The notes: a model not told the origin generated them from the sequence alone. A DNA stretch of 64,000 nt from Octopus vulgaris (GCA_951406725.2 OX597827.1:63550001-63614000); one strand, 5' to 3'; shown: positions 26,221 through 41,782, numbered from the stretch's first letter. Numbers and translations: made by a program.

Positions 26221-26459
26221 GTCTAATATATAAAGACATATTCATACACACACATAAATGCATACATACATACATATATACATACATGCATGCATATATG
26301 TACGTATGTATGTATATATTTATATAATATTTATGCAATTTTTGAGTAACTCCATGTATTATATTTAATTTTAAATAGTATTATGTTATATGTGGGCCTG
26401 TAAGCATATAATAAATGTGATCATAGAAAAGTGAGATATGTGTTTGTGTATGTATGTAT

Positions 26460-26940
<481 letters not shown>

Positions 26941-27318
26941 TACGTATGTTTGTATGTGTGTACGTATGTATATTTGTGTGTGTGTGTGTGTATAAAGTTT
27001 TTGGCTGAAAGCTAAATTACTTAGGAAAGACCTGTCGTTTTATCTCACAAATCATAAGAGTAAATAACGGGAAAAAAAAAAATTCAAAATTTCAAAAATT
27101 CTGAATACATAAAAGTTCGTAAGAAATGTGTAGGTAATTTAAGAACTAGAAAAGACAGAAATATATAGATAGATGGAAGAATAATGCATTAAAAAAAAAA
27201 AAAAAAGAAGAAGAAAAATTGGAAGCTACCATATTTTAGAAATGGAAATTGAACAAATATCGATATTGCTGCAATGTAAACAAGGGACGTAACTCTTAAC
27301 GTTATTGAAATTTTTTAC

Positions 27319-27408
27319 CTGAGTCTTTTGTTTCTGCAGATGGGCTAAAGCGATTAAAATGAGATGGGAAAGAGCTTGGTTAGGGGTATTTGGTGCTGTT
27401 TTGGATTT
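27319..27408 (-). CDS. Candidate 90-nt phase-0 exon (KSKTAPNTPNQALSHLILIALAHLQKQKTQ); alternative 15-nt form at 27319-27333
   Basis: Minus strand: ctaat...cacgtttctccttaaccAG| ... CAG|GTAAAA. Frame-preserving and on the same strand as the 9-nt microexon. Confidence 0.3.
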
Positions 27409-27540
27409 CTGGTTAAGGAGAAACGTGGGTGAATTGTGATGCATTAGTCGTGTTTCCCAAGAGCTGTTTTTAGATGCCAGAAATATTTAAAATGGCAGTG
27501 GTGTGTAATTCGGAATGAAATAGTTTCTGCTTTTTGAATA

Positions 27541-28024
27541 CCGTAAATCCTCGAGTATAATCCGCATTTCTCGTCCCCCCCCCATTTAAAGGTCAAAATC
27601 CCTAGTGCGTACTGTATACGAGGTTAAAAATGAAAAATATTTTCTAAGCAATGTCCGAGTCTCTATTCGCTGTCCGGCAATGTTTATTCAGACGCACTTT
27701 GTGATGCTGGGCGCGAAAATACCTGAAATCATCCATAACTTGCAGTAAGCAATATTTATTAAACGTTTTTACTGTTATTTCTTTATTTTCTGCAGACAAA
27801 ATGCACAAAAAAGCTACACGTTTGCATCATGTTATATATACAATAATAATAAAGGACGTTACCGTATACAATTTTACAAACCAAGGACGTTATATAGACC
27901 TCCTTGACTCAAGTTAGAGAAGGGGTGCGTATTATACACAAGGTTTAGGTTTTTCAGAGGTACAGCCCCCTAAAAGTCCCCTGCGTATTATACTCAAGGG
28001 CGGACTATACTCGAGGATTTACGG
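27541..28024. mobile_element. Tc2/pogo-like MITE (Tc1/mariner superfamily)
   Basis: TA|ccgtaaatcctcgagtataatccgc ... gcggactatactcgaggatttacgg|TA; TIRs match at 24 of 25 positions. Confidence 0.9.
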
Positions 28025-29178
28025 TAAACCAATTTGCACATATTAAAACCTTGGTCGTAAAGATTTTGTGTAATTGCTATTATTTATATGTATGTGGTAT
28101 TAAGTATACAAAGGTAAATTCTTTAAATATTTAGATATATCTACGTAAGTGTGCCTCACCCCGAGTTTGTTTCCTCTTAACTTTCAGAAAAATAGAAATT
28201 TTTTAATGAAATTTTCTACAAATATACTTCAGATGAGGGTAGAATCTGATTATATCAGATTTTGTTGTGAAAATAAATTTTCTGAGGCTTGTGGAAAATT
28301 CCCATGAGTCGGTTCTGTTTTCTCATGACTTTCAGAAAAATAGCAAATTTTTAATGAAATTTCCTACAGAGACATTTCAGAACGTGAAAATTACGATTGT
28401 ATCAGAATTTGATATGAATAAAATAACTGTTGGACGCACACACATACATACTGATATATCACATGTATCTACAAAATGAAAGTTGAAACTTCAAGAAATT
28501 TTAGTGTATCGTCTGTATGTGTGCGTGGCCAACAATTTTTTTGTTTTTCACATTAAATGCCGATATAATCTTAATCTTTACAACCTGAGAGATATTTGTA
28601 GAAAATTTCCTAAAAGAATACCTATTCTTTTGAGAGTTGTGAGGAAACAAACCAGGCCTGTAAGAATTTTCCGAATCTCCTCTCCCTACAACCGGAATAT
28701 AATATTAAGGGATAGAACCTCCATAAAGTAATTCATAATGAAAGATATTATCTATACTAAGATATAGATTTAGATATATTATTATTAACATTGTACTAAA
28801 AATTTCTTTACTAAATAATATACATTAAAAAAAATACACATTAAAACAACATTATTATTATTATTGTGTTAACAATTTCTATGCTAGATAATACACATTA
28901 AAAAATATGCATTAAAATGACGACGCGCATTTCATGACTATGTATACAAATCTACCATATCAAAATCGATACTCTCAAAAATTAATATTTCTTTGATCCA
29001 ACGATACATAGCCACTCTTCAGGTCTCAATGATATAAAATAATTTACAACAGAAAAGGAGACGTTATAATTACTCTATACATTTAAAAATAATTTATAAG
29101 ATTTAACAATATTAAAGAAATGTGGGAGCATGACTTATCTTATTGATGAGCACCAGGTAACTCAGCAAATATATATAC

Positions 29179-29221
<43 letters not shown>

Positions 29222-29649
29222 TATATATAATCACACACACTCATTTAGGATACTTAGCCTGCTAGAAATAGCAGCCAAATCTTGTCTTAAAAAAGAGGAC
29301 ATTGAACAATGTTGTCCTTGGTTCTCCTCTGCTCATAAGTAAATGACAGGATGGTCACATCCAGAAGGCCTTTGATCAAGGTATGCTCAATCAAGAGTTA
29401 ACACCAGGATTAACAGCAAACTGCAACAACAGTAGCAACCCGACTATTACATGTATATACGTTTATACATTTGGAAAGCCTTAGGTGATTGCTTGACCTG
29501 CTAGAAATAGCAGGTCAAATTCATCCATGGACGTATTTCATGTGTGAACTCTAAGTGGAAAGTGTTAGTTCTGAATCACATGAAACTAATACTGACTGAA
29601 TGAAACAAAATCAAATTTTAGCAGCTTAAGTGCACGAGAGTAACAGTAA

Positions 29650-29936
29650 CAATATCATCACCATCATCACCATGATCATCATCTTCATCATCATCATCAT
29701 CATCACCATGATCATCATCTTCATCATCATCATCATCATCATCACTATGATCATCATCTTCATCATCATCATCATCATCACTTTCATCATCATCATAATA
29801 CCAACACCACCACCATCGTCATCATGGTCATGATCATCATCAACATCATCATCATTGTCATCATGATCTCACCATCCTCACTATCACATCTCCCCTCTTA
29901 TCTCCTTTCCGTCTTTTCATCGCCATCATTATCGTC

Positions 29937-29989
<53 letters not shown>

Positions 29990-30125
29990 AATACCACTCT
30001 GCCACCAACACCACTACCATCATCATTTTCATCACCACTACCATCATCATCATCATTCGCATCTCACCAACTTCATCATCATCATCATCATCATCATTCG
30101 CATCTCACCAACATCATCATCATCA
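29650..30125. repeat. (CAT)n/(CAC)n low-complexity tract
   Basis: Seen directly. Confidence 0.9.
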
Positions 30126-30352
30126 CCGCCGTCACGCTCATCGTCATCGTCGTGCTGTCATACTTACAAGCATACACACACACATACAAAATTCGTCTAC
30201 ATGCAAACATGTACAGGAACACACACGTATACACATGCACACACATATATGCATGCATGCACATACATTCTAAACACATACGCATACATGCATATGCATC
30301 TAAAAGCTGAAACAGCAGACCATTCATACATGCATACATATATATACATATC

Positions 30353-30445
<93 letters not shown>

Positions 30446-30462
30446 GTATATGTATATGTATA

Positions 30463-30509
<47 letters not shown>

Positions 30510-30752
30510 ATACACACACACACACATGTATATACACATCCTAACATGTGTTCACCAATGATACACTCACTAATATACGGACACATATAATGATACATTC
30601 ACTCACACACAGTAGCACACGCATTCACACACACAATCGCACACACACATGCACGCACATCTCACATTTCTTGGAATTACTTTGAAATTTTTCGCAGCTA
30701 ATGATTAAATAAATGGAAGTTCAAATGAGTAATGTGTCTGTAACTTTTTGTG

Positions 30753-30802
<50 letters not shown>

Positions 30803-30807
30803 TGTGT

Positions 30808-30846
<39 letters not shown>

Positions 30847-31116
30847 CATGTGCATCTGTGTGTACGCATTTGCGTGTGTAAGTGTGTGTGTGCATGTTGT
30901 GGTTATGTAGGAATGCGATTGAGTTTTTCACTATGTGAATGTTTGCGAAGCATTTTTGGTACATGCACATTGATATGCTTGTGTATGTCTATATGTATAT
31001 ATATATGTATGTGTGTGTGTGTGTGTGTATAGTATATATGTGTGTGTATGTGTGCATGCATATATATATATATAGATAGATATATATATAAATATATATA
31101 AATGTATATATATATA

Positions 31117-31150
<34 letters not shown>

Positions 31151-31223
31151 CATATATACATATATACATCTATATATATATATATATATATCATGTATAT
31201 ATAAATATATATATATATATATA

Positions 31224-31269
<46 letters not shown>

Positions 31270-31285
31270 ATATACTCGCACACAG

Positions 31286-31332
<47 letters not shown>

Positions 31333-32050
31333 CACACATTTGAATATATATGCATGTGTGTTGGTGTGAAGAAATTCATATGTATGTATGTTTGTTTATA
31401 TGTATATGTATACACACACACAGACACATGCATACATGTATATGTACATGTATATATATTCATATATGCGCACTTGTGTGTGTGTGTGTGTAATTAGTAC
31501 ATTCAGCTGGGAACTAAGGAACGGGAGCCACCATCATGTGATGGATCTTTGTATTTTAATTACATGTTGATCATATGGCAACATGTGCAACTTACAGATG
31601 TTAGTCAGAAGAACTCGGAGAACCAACATATGTGTCCTGCTCGACCACAAGCTCTCTGAACTACTCCCCCACCCACCACCATCACCTGCACACAATTGTT
31701 GAATCAAAAGTGCAGAGAAATGCTAGAATTGCACATTTTCCCATAATATATGAAAAAAAAATATTTTAATTGTGACAAAAATTGTATGCAAATATCTCAC
31801 ACTAGAACTCGTTTTTATTCCATTCGGATTCTTTAGCAAGAATTGAATGCCAGCTAAAGTTGCAAGGCATAGTTATTCCGAGTTTAAAAATCACAAAATT
31901 TTTGGAATAACTTTGGCACAGGCATGGTTGTGTGGTTAAGAAACTTGCTTTGCTGTTAAGTGTTTTCGGGTTCAATCTCACTACTATAGCCATTGGACAA
32001 CAAATGCCTTGTGAATGGATTTTGTACATGGAAATTGTGTAGAAGACTTT

Positions 32051-32081
<31 letters not shown>

Positions 32082-32116
32082 GTGTATGTGTGTGTGTATT
32101 TGTGTGTGTGTATGTG

Positions 32117-32159
<43 letters not shown>

Positions 32160-32246
32160 TTGTTTTGAGAAAGAAGATTGATTAGAAATTCTCTCACAAT
32201 GTAGAGGTTTGGACTTAGAAACGCTCAAGAGTATCATGAGACGAAA

Positions 32247-33250
32247 GATATAAATATGAAATGTGAAGAAACAAAAGATCTGGTAATTCAATCCACAAAT
32301 GCAACTCCGATTTGAGATGAATTTAAAGGACAAATGTATATGATAGCATGAAAATATATAAATACATATATGAAATATATATCGGTAGCATCACTTATTT
32401 TAAGCGGAGATATCAAAATCACATCAACTCTTTTAACAACCTTAAATATAAAACGGTTACCATACATGCTAACTATATACACAAGCTCAAAGTAGAAAGC
32501 AAAATCTATATATTAAAATGGTCCATTGAATCTGAAGCCTCCTCATATAACACTAACTTATGTAGGTGTTAATCATGTATAAGGGAAGCACTCCCCATTC
32601 TTCAAACGCACAATCCATCACTACTAAGCATTTTTTTTCATGCAAACATAAAACTTACACAATATTCTTGCACTATAGTGACTTTGATTAGAATTGAACT
32701 AGGATAGAAACGTTCATTCCTTTTTATTAATATTTTTATTAGAATATATTTAACTCTTTACTTTCTCCACCTATACATCTTATCTATAAAAAAATAACTT
32801 AACCTCTACTATTCACCTTTCATCATGGAAAACCAGTTACCATGAAGAAGGGGGAATTGTCAAATAATGTGCACTATATCCCTTTATTTTCTCACAATGA
32901 ACCCCCAGAAACGGCTGTTGGTACCCTACTTTAACTAATTTAACTTTGCTCCTCATTGTATCTTTTAGCTCGCTTCCACCTTCACTTCAGACTTTGTTCA
33001 ATATTTTTACCTATACACACATGTTTTAACGTTTTTATGCTTCAATCCGGAGATTTTTAAAAATCTACTAATTTGTACTTATATATCTTTAATATATTTA
33101 TTTATTTATGGATTTTTAAAGAAATCTCTGTGTGGTTATATATTTTTATTCTATCATGTACATTTGTCCTTTGAATCCATCTCTAATCGGAGTCATGTTT
33201 GCGTATTGAATTACCAGGTCTTTTGTTTCTTCACGTTACATATTTATATA
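32247..33250 (+). mobile_element. 5'-truncated Penelope-like element: GIY-YIG relic bounded by an inverted ~90-bp repeat
   Basis: ORF 32348-32572 reads YIGSITYFKRRYQNHINSF...LKWSI...CRC (PLE GIY-YIG). 32247-32338 is inverted relative to 33159-33250. Confidence 0.8.
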
Positions 33251-33412
33251 TATATATATATCAAATGGTTATGACTTCTGGTACTTGACTGAGGAAATAA
33301 GGCCACGAATGACACGTCTCTTTTTGCCTGTCCTAATTGTTGATTCTCCTGTCCACCTTTGTATCATCTATCTGTCCGAATGTTTTATTGACTTCTATTG
33401 CGTTTTTGTTCC

Positions 33413-33450
<38 letters not shown>

Positions 33451-33554
33451 TCATCATCATCATCGTTTAACATCATATATATATAAATATATATATGCAC
33501 ATATATATATTTTTAGATACACACACACAAACACACATATATATACACATATAT

Positions 33555-33669
33555 AATTAATGAGAGAGATGGAAGATGAAAGATATGAGAATCTCTATTG
33601 ATCACTAGATGGGTTGAAACGATTGTAGTGATCAATTAAGATTCCCGTCATCTTCTATCTCATTAATTA
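33555..33669. repeat. Imperfect fold-back with ~50-bp arms within (TA)n
   Basis: taattaatgaga..gaagatga..gaatct..attgatcacta pairs with tagtgatcaat..agattc..tcatcttc..tctcattaatta. Confidence 0.8.
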
Positions 33670-33726
33670 CATACTCAACAAACACTAACCCAGTGAATGT
33701 GCTCTACTGGCAAACTACCATACTAT

Positions 33727-33789
<63 letters not shown>

Positions 33790-34204
33790 CACACACACAC
33801 AATAATGCCCCAATGTATGAGTATATTCATTCCTGGAGACCACTTGTAAAGCAGAGCAATAATTTCCCATAATAACAATGTTATAAATCGTAATTCATTC
33901 CCAGAAAAATATTTTATCTATAAAATTTATAATACTCGTAAATAAATGGCAATAAAACAACAGTAAAATGTAAAGAATATTTTATGTAAAGTAAAAAGAA
34001 TTTCAAGATCATTCATAATAAAAAAAAAATTATTATTATAATCATTTTCTGAATCACTTTCACGTGGACTAGACTCACACTCACATCACTTGTAGATACA
34101 AACACTGATTCACAAGCACTCATAGACGGACTTGTGGATTTCTTTTTAAAAAACAAGTCTAGAGTTGTTTGCTTAGAAGAAACTTTGTTTCGCTCTCAAT
34201 AAAC

Positions 34205-34358
34205 ACATTATTTACATTTGATGGATATTTGTCCTCATCTTGTTTGTTGTTAACACAATATTTCGGCTAATATACCCTCCAGCCTTCATCAAGTGTCTTG
34301 GGGAAATTTCAAACCTGGGTTCTCATTCTCAAGGTATTTTTCAATGCTATTATTATTG

Positions 34359-34402
<44 letters not shown>

Positions 34403-34630
34403 GTTGTCATTAATATTATTATTCAGGTTACTCCAAGTTTGATTTCAGGCAGTAACCTGAATAATAATAATAATGATAATAATAGCAACATCGAAAAATA
34501 TCTTAGGAATGAGAATACAGGTTCGAAATTTCCCCAGGACACCTGATGAAGGTTTGAGGGTATATCAGCCAAAACGTTGTGTTAACAACAAACAAGATGA
34601 GGACAAATATCCATCAAATGTAAATAATAT
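34205..34630. mobile_element. Inverted pair of HHR-bearing short elements forming a ~425-bp palindrome
   Basis: 34205-34432 is the reverse complement of ~34450-34630. Each arm has a mutated minimal hammerhead (34538-34583 on +; 34252-34297 on -). Confidence 0.85.
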
Positions 34631-34780
34631 AAATAATATACTTGTGCCTAGAGTAGAAAAGAATATGTACATATAGGTTGCCAGGAATGGGTTTAGGATG
34701 TAAAATTGGTATATTCAATTGTGTTAAACCACTAAATTTAGTGGCTATTTAAACAATGTGTTCATGGAGGGTTAATAGAT

Positions 34781-34834
34781 TGGATATTGTACTGAAGAAA
34801 GAGCAAGAACTCCTGAAATGTGCATATACATCCA
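34781..34834 (+). ncRNA. Degenerate type I hammerhead ribozyme
   Basis: tgga..tgta CTGAAGA aagag-caagaa-ctcct GAAA tgtgca TA taca tcca, with one mismatch in stem II. Confidence 0.55.
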
Positions 34835-35330
34835 TTACCTAATTTTTTTACTTTGATTGCATTGTTTACATAGACATAGTCATATACAAAATGTGATAAC
34901 TTTCTGTGCTAGCTCTAATTTCTATAGGAATTCTGTAGAGATAACATTTAAACATGATTGAATTGCACTGCTAACACAGGTAGGACAGAGTACTGCCTTG
35001 TAAAATCTTTAATATACTTTGTAGTATATTATGATTGCATTACGAAATACGGTGTCCCTACAAGCAATTAATATATGTGTTCATATATATACATTTTGTA
35101 TGGGTGCACAATATGTTGCTGTCTTATCCTGGTATACACCACTCTACTGGTTGTAAGCTGCTGATATAATATATATATGTACACACAAACACATTATATA
35201 TGTGTGTGTATATATATACATACATGTATATGCATAAACATATATATATATATATAGACACATATAAATATCTATATCTTTAACTCTATATATATATATA
35301 TAAAACTTTGTATATTTATATATATATCTA

Positions 35331-35383
<53 letters not shown>

Positions 35384-36030
35384 ATGTATATATATACATA
35401 CATATATATACATGTAGAGAAAGAGAGACAGACAGACCGACAGAGAGAGATATGTATATAAAATATATGTATATATGTATGTATATACATATAAGCATGT
35501 ATATCTGTAGAGGTTCTGTAATCTTTACGTGTATGTGCATAGCTGTGTTAATACGGTTTCTCATATTTGAATATGTGCTTCTGTTTCTCCCTATCTTCTT
35601 CTATATATGTATGTACGTATGTATATATTTATGTCTGTACATCTATATGCCTATATGAATGTGTGTATACACCGCATGTATGTGTGAGTGTCTTTTCTTC
35701 CAATTCTCCCTGATGATGTTATTAGCTGCTTGTATGTGTTTGAATTTTTTTGTATGCGTACATACGTACATGTGTGAGTGTGTGTGTGTGTGTGTGTGTA
35801 TGTGTGTGTGTGTGTATGTGCATGTGTGTATATGTGCGAGTTCATATGAATATAAATATATACACCCACACACATATACACACACACGTATATATACACA
35901 CACATGTACAGATATGTGTCTATCTATGCGTGTATTTATAAATGTACAAGTATATACATATATATATGTGTATGTACATGTAGGCAAATGTATATACACA
36001 TTTAAGTGTATATATGCGTGTATGTAAATG

Positions 36031-36069
<39 letters not shown>

Positions 36070-36159
36070 GTATATATGTATATATATATATAAAATGTGT
36101 GTGCATATATATATATATATATATACATATGTATATATGTGTATATATATATATGTAAA

Positions 36160-36199
<40 letters not shown>

Positions 36200-36780
36200 T
36201 ACAATATACACACATATATATGTATATGAATATACATACATATGCATATATATTCAAATTTTTGTGTGTGTAGTCATGTACCCATTCACATATATGTGTG
36301 CATTTGTATATGTATCTGTATGCATGAATGTATGTATGCACATATATATATGTGTGTATGTGTGAGTGTGTGTGTGTACGTATGTGTGTGTGTATGCATG
36401 TATGTGTTTCTCTGCATGCATGACTTCATGTACATACACGCGTGTGTGTTGTTGTTGCTGTTGATGTTCGCGTATAGACAATAGATTGTTAATTAACTGA
36501 TGAACTAGTTACAGATGTCTTCTGTTGGTTCCAAAGAAGGTGTTTTTGGTGATTGTGGTGGTGTGTGGTGGGGACGGTGGTGGCGATGGCGGCGGCGGTG
36601 GCGGTGGTGGGTTTGGTAATGTTGTTGGTAAGGAAGGCATTGGTAGGTGGGGCTGGGGTTCTGGTGGTAATATATGATGCCAGTTGGTGTCGCTGTGGTG
36701 GTAGTGGTATATACAATATTCGGTTGAAGACTGGTATGTCTTTTTTTTTCCAATGTGATATAGCCATCAACTGTGTATGC

Positions 36781-36813
<33 letters not shown>

Positions 36814-36814
36814 C

Positions 36815-36855
<41 letters not shown>

Positions 36856-36968
36856 TGATGATGATGATGATACATATACATATATATATACATATAAATA
36901 TATATATATATATACACATATCTATAGATGTATATGTTTGAGCGTGTGTCTGTATATATATATATATG

Positions 36969-37084
<116 letters not shown>

Positions 37085-37138
37085 CACACATATCTCTTGA
37101 TGTATATGTTTGTGTGTGTGTATATATGCATGTATTAA

Positions 37139-37878
37139 CTAAAGGCCCCCAAAGCAGTATTGAATAAAATATATTCATGTAAAATCATATTTAACATGTT
37201 TGTGTGTACTTGGACAGAGGAAGACCTTTTACTGTGGAAATATTCTTGTGGAGAAAAAATTTTCACATAAACAACATGTGTGATAACACATTTGTGTCTG
37301 AATGTCGCCAAAGGTCACAGAACACAGTCTTTCACACCATGAACTACAAACACTAAATCTGCTCTTCACTGCACAGAAAGAAAATTTGTTCTGTAATTGG
37401 AATAGCAAACAATACATTTCTTGATGAGTGTAAAGTTTAGTTAAGCAAGAAGTAATTAGCTATAGTCATATGAAGCAATGTTGAAGTGAATATATATGTA
37501 TAAACTCATATTTAATATGTTGGAGTGCAAACAGACATAGGCAGACCTCTTGTGGTGGAATGCAGAAATCCATGTTTCCCATGATACAGTAACAACTTCC
37601 GTGGGTAATTAAACCAAAATGAATCATTCTTTTTGGGCTACAAAGGACAGACTTAGTGTTTGTACCTGGTATCAGGAAAGAATGCAGCAACAATTTTGTC
37701 CTATGGTCCGATGAAATCATTCATATCCCAGTGTGTTTTCCCACATATTATTTAGGATGAGAATATTATCTGGAGACTACTTCCACAGTGGCAAGTCTTT
37801 CCATGTCAGAGTTTACTCCAGCATGTTAAATGACTTTAACAAATATATTTTATTCAATGCTGCTTTGTGAACCTTTAG
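37139..37878. mobile_element. Old TIR DNA element with TTAA flanks and ~110-bp degenerate TIRs
   Basis: TTAA|ctaaagg...caaagcagtattgaataaaatatatt ... aatatattttattcaatgctgctttg...cctttag|TTAA. Confidence 0.7.
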
Positions 37879-38632
37879 TTAAATCTAGCTTGGTCAAGCC
37901 TTACACATATCAGTAAATTTACTATTTGTTGTTCTAATATAAGAACAAATGAGGCTAAGTCAATTACATTGACCCAGTACTCAACTGGTACTTATTTTAT
38001 CGACCCCAAACAGATGAAAGTCAAATTCAGTCCCAGTGAGGTTTGAACTCAGGACATAAAGATAGATTAAATGCTGCTCGGCATTTTGCCAGGCATGCTA
38101 ATGATTCTGCAATCATCCCACTTTAATTAAAAAGAATATTGGTTTCAAATTTTGGCACAAGGCCAGCAATTTCGAGGGTAGGGTTTAAGTCAATTACATC
38201 AACCCCAGTGTTCAACTGGTACTTATTTTAATGACTCTGAAAGCATGGAAGGCAAAGTTGACCCCAGTGGCATTTGAACCCAGAACATAATGATGGATGA
38301 AATGCCACTAAGCATTTCACCCGGGGTGCTAATGATTCTGCCAGTTCACCACCCTAATAAGAAAGAATATTGGATACAGTAAAGTAATAGTGGTGTCATT
38401 TATTGTGGTGTTGTAGAGTAAAGTTACCTTCTCGAATCATGCTGACTCATAAGGGCCATTTTCCCAGTTTCCATAGCATATAAATTTCCCACCTGGACAG
38501 GATGCTAATCCATGACAGAATTACTCAGTTTTGCCAGCTGAGGGAACTGAAGTTAACATGAAATGAAGTGTTTGGCTCAATAACACAATGTATCACCCAG
38601 TCCAGGAATCGAAACTACAATCTTACAATCTG

Positions 38633-38868
38633 AAGGCGGCGAGCTGGCAGAAACGTTAGCATGCCGGGCAAAATGCTTAGCGATATTTTGTCTGCCGTTA
38701 CATTCTGAGTTCAAAATTCCGCCGAGGTCGACTTTGCCTTTCATCTTTTTGGGGGTTGATAAATTAAGTACTAGTTATGCACTGGGGTCGATGTAATCGA
38801 CTTAATCCCTTTGTCTGTCCTTGTTTGTCCCCTCTATGTTTAGTCCCTTGTGGGCAATAATGAAATAA
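38633..38868 (+). mobile_element. SINE family A nested in a family D SINE
   Basis: TSD aatcttacaatct on both sides; the family D sequence resumes after it. Confidence 0.9.
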
Positions 38869-39369
38869 GAATCTTACAATCTTGAGTTCTATACTCTAAC
38901 CACCAAGCCACGCACCTCCACAAGTGAAGTAAAGTTCCTTCCCCGAGTCAGGTAGACTCGTGTATGTTTCCTACTTGGACAGGATGCTGGTCTGTCACAG
39001 GGTTACTCATTTTTTGCCAGCTGAGCTAATTGAAGCAACATCAAATGAAGTGTTTTGTTCAAGAACACAATCCATTGCCCAGTCAAGGAGTCGAAACCAC
39101 GATCTTACGATCAGTAGTCCAACACTATAACCACTGAGTCATCCATCTCCACATATTGTGGTGTTGGGAGTAGTATTAATGGTGTTTATATTTGTTGTGG
39201 TATAAGAGATAAGCAACCTCCCGGCTGTTTGCATTCTCTGCCTTGACACAAGCAAAGGATGAGGCTCGCCTCTTTGAGCTGAGAAATGAATGGAATGCTT
39301 CGGGTGTGTCTTGCTGTGGCAGCTCTCTCCTTTGGGGAATTAGGCCTTGGTAAATAATGTTGTTATTTG

Positions 39370-39950
39370 TGCCTTCTCGAGCCACGCCTGGCTCATAGGG
39401 CCAGTTTCCCAGTTTCCTTGGTGTATAGGTTCCCCACCTGGACGGGATGCCGGTCTGTCGCAGGTGAGCTGCAAGATGCTGGAGGAAAGCGTGAAAGTTG
39501 TGGTGAAAGAGTCAGCAGAAGTTCGCCGTTACTTTCTGCCTGAGCCGCGTGGAGCTTAGGTGTTTCGCTCATAAAAAAACACGTTGCCCGGTCTGAGATT
39601 CAAACCTGCGATCTCTCGACCGCGAGTCCGCTGCTCTAACCACTAGGTCATGTGCCTCCACTAATGTTCCTTCATGAGCCATGCCAGGCTCATAAGGGCC
39701 GCTTTTCCGATTTCCTTAGCATATAGGTTCCCCACCTGGATTGTACACCAGTCCATCACAGGTGAGCTGCAAGATGCAGGTGGAATGAGTGAGAGAAAGT
39801 TATGGCGAAAAAGTCAGCAGAAGTTTGCCATTACCTTCTGCCAGAGTCACGTGGAGCTTAGGTGTTTCACTCATAAAAACATATATCGCCCAGTCTGCGA
39901 TTCGTCGACTGCGAGTCTGCTGATCTAACCACTAGGCCATGTGCCTCCAC
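39370..39950 (-). mobile_element. Two tandem tRNA-derived SINEs (family D variant)
   Basis: Each ends on the plus strand in gagtccgctgctctaaccactagg..tgtgcctcca, the reverse complement of a tRNA-like head. Confidence 0.8.
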
Positions 39951-40297
39951 TTGACATAGTGTAAGTTGTAGTAATAAGACTGTATATATTTGTTGCGACA
40001 TGGCTTGTACGAATAATGTCATTTTTATTAGTTGCAGTATTGGTGCTAGTACTAACGGTATGTTATTGCATGTTGTGTGATTAAACTAGAGCTGTATGTA
40101 ACAGACATACATCATCACCGTTCATATATTGTAAGGTATCGCCATATTTCGTGTTATTACTGCAGGGAAGAATGGTATCGTTGGAAGGTGTTGTAATAAA
40201 AGTGGTCTCCAGCCGATACATCATGTCTGGGGAGTGTCCTGAAGCAGAAACATTAATTAATTTGTTTTACACATATGCCTGTGTATGTGTGTGTGTA

Positions 40298-40328
<31 letters not shown>

Positions 40329-40407
40329 TTACATATTCATAGGGGAGTATGAAGAGGTGTCTCTATATGTATTTATATATATATGTATATATGTGTATAT
40401 ATGTATA

Positions 40408-40466
<59 letters not shown>

Positions 40467-40553
40467 TTATATATATATGTACATATTTATTTACATCTTT
40501 ATACAATCACGCATATACATTTCATACATATATATATGTATATATGCACACAC

Positions 40554-40595
<42 letters not shown>

Positions 40596-40653
40596 TGATT
40601 AATATATATATATATAGATATATGTATACACATGATGCATATATATGTGTGTG

Positions 40654-40685
<32 letters not shown>

Positions 40686-40800
40686 TATACATACATACAA
40701 AGATTATGTAGTGTCAATTATAAATTTCATATTGAGATTTGCCAAATGTCTGCTCTCCATTTTTTTATGTTATTCATTACCTTCAAAAAAGAAAATGCAG

Positions 40801-40921
<121 letters not shown>

Positions 40922-40941
40922 CAATCATTTCTAATAATAAC

Positions 40942-40996
<55 letters not shown>

Positions 40997-41352
40997 CTAA
41001 TAATAATATCAATAATAATAATAATACTAACAATTTATAAATCAAAGGCTGTTTATTTATTTTCTTTTATTATTTTTTTATTCATTGTTTTTTTTTTTAA
41101 TGTTTATTCTGATGTTATTACGTTGATTTGAATATTACAATTTTTTTTTTCTCTACACACTAGATTTTGCTTGCAAAAAAAATAAACAACAACAACAAAA
41201 TATGATTATACATTTACATTTAATAGACACTCTCTGAATATGTTCACACTCATACACATTCATATATACACACACATATGTACACAATACATACATACAT
41301 ATATTTACGTATATATATATATATATGTCTGTGTGTGTGTGTATACACACAT

Positions 41353-41420
<68 letters not shown>

Positions 41421-41422
41421 TA

Positions 41423-41457
<35 letters not shown>

Positions 41458-41674
41458 TTATATATGTATATACATTTATATATGTATATACATATTTGTA
41501 TGCATATACATTTACCTATATCTGTGTTTATGTACATTGGTGCAAATACAGTGTACTAAGTGCTGGTAACTCAAATAAAGAGAGAACTTAATACGTATAA
41601 TGAGTAATAATTATTTTAGTGCGAGGAACAGAAACATTGTAGCATGAGACAGTCATATATATATATATACATAT

Positions 41675-41741
<67 letters not shown>

Positions 41742-41751
41742 TATATATATC

Positions 41752-41782
<31 letters not shown>

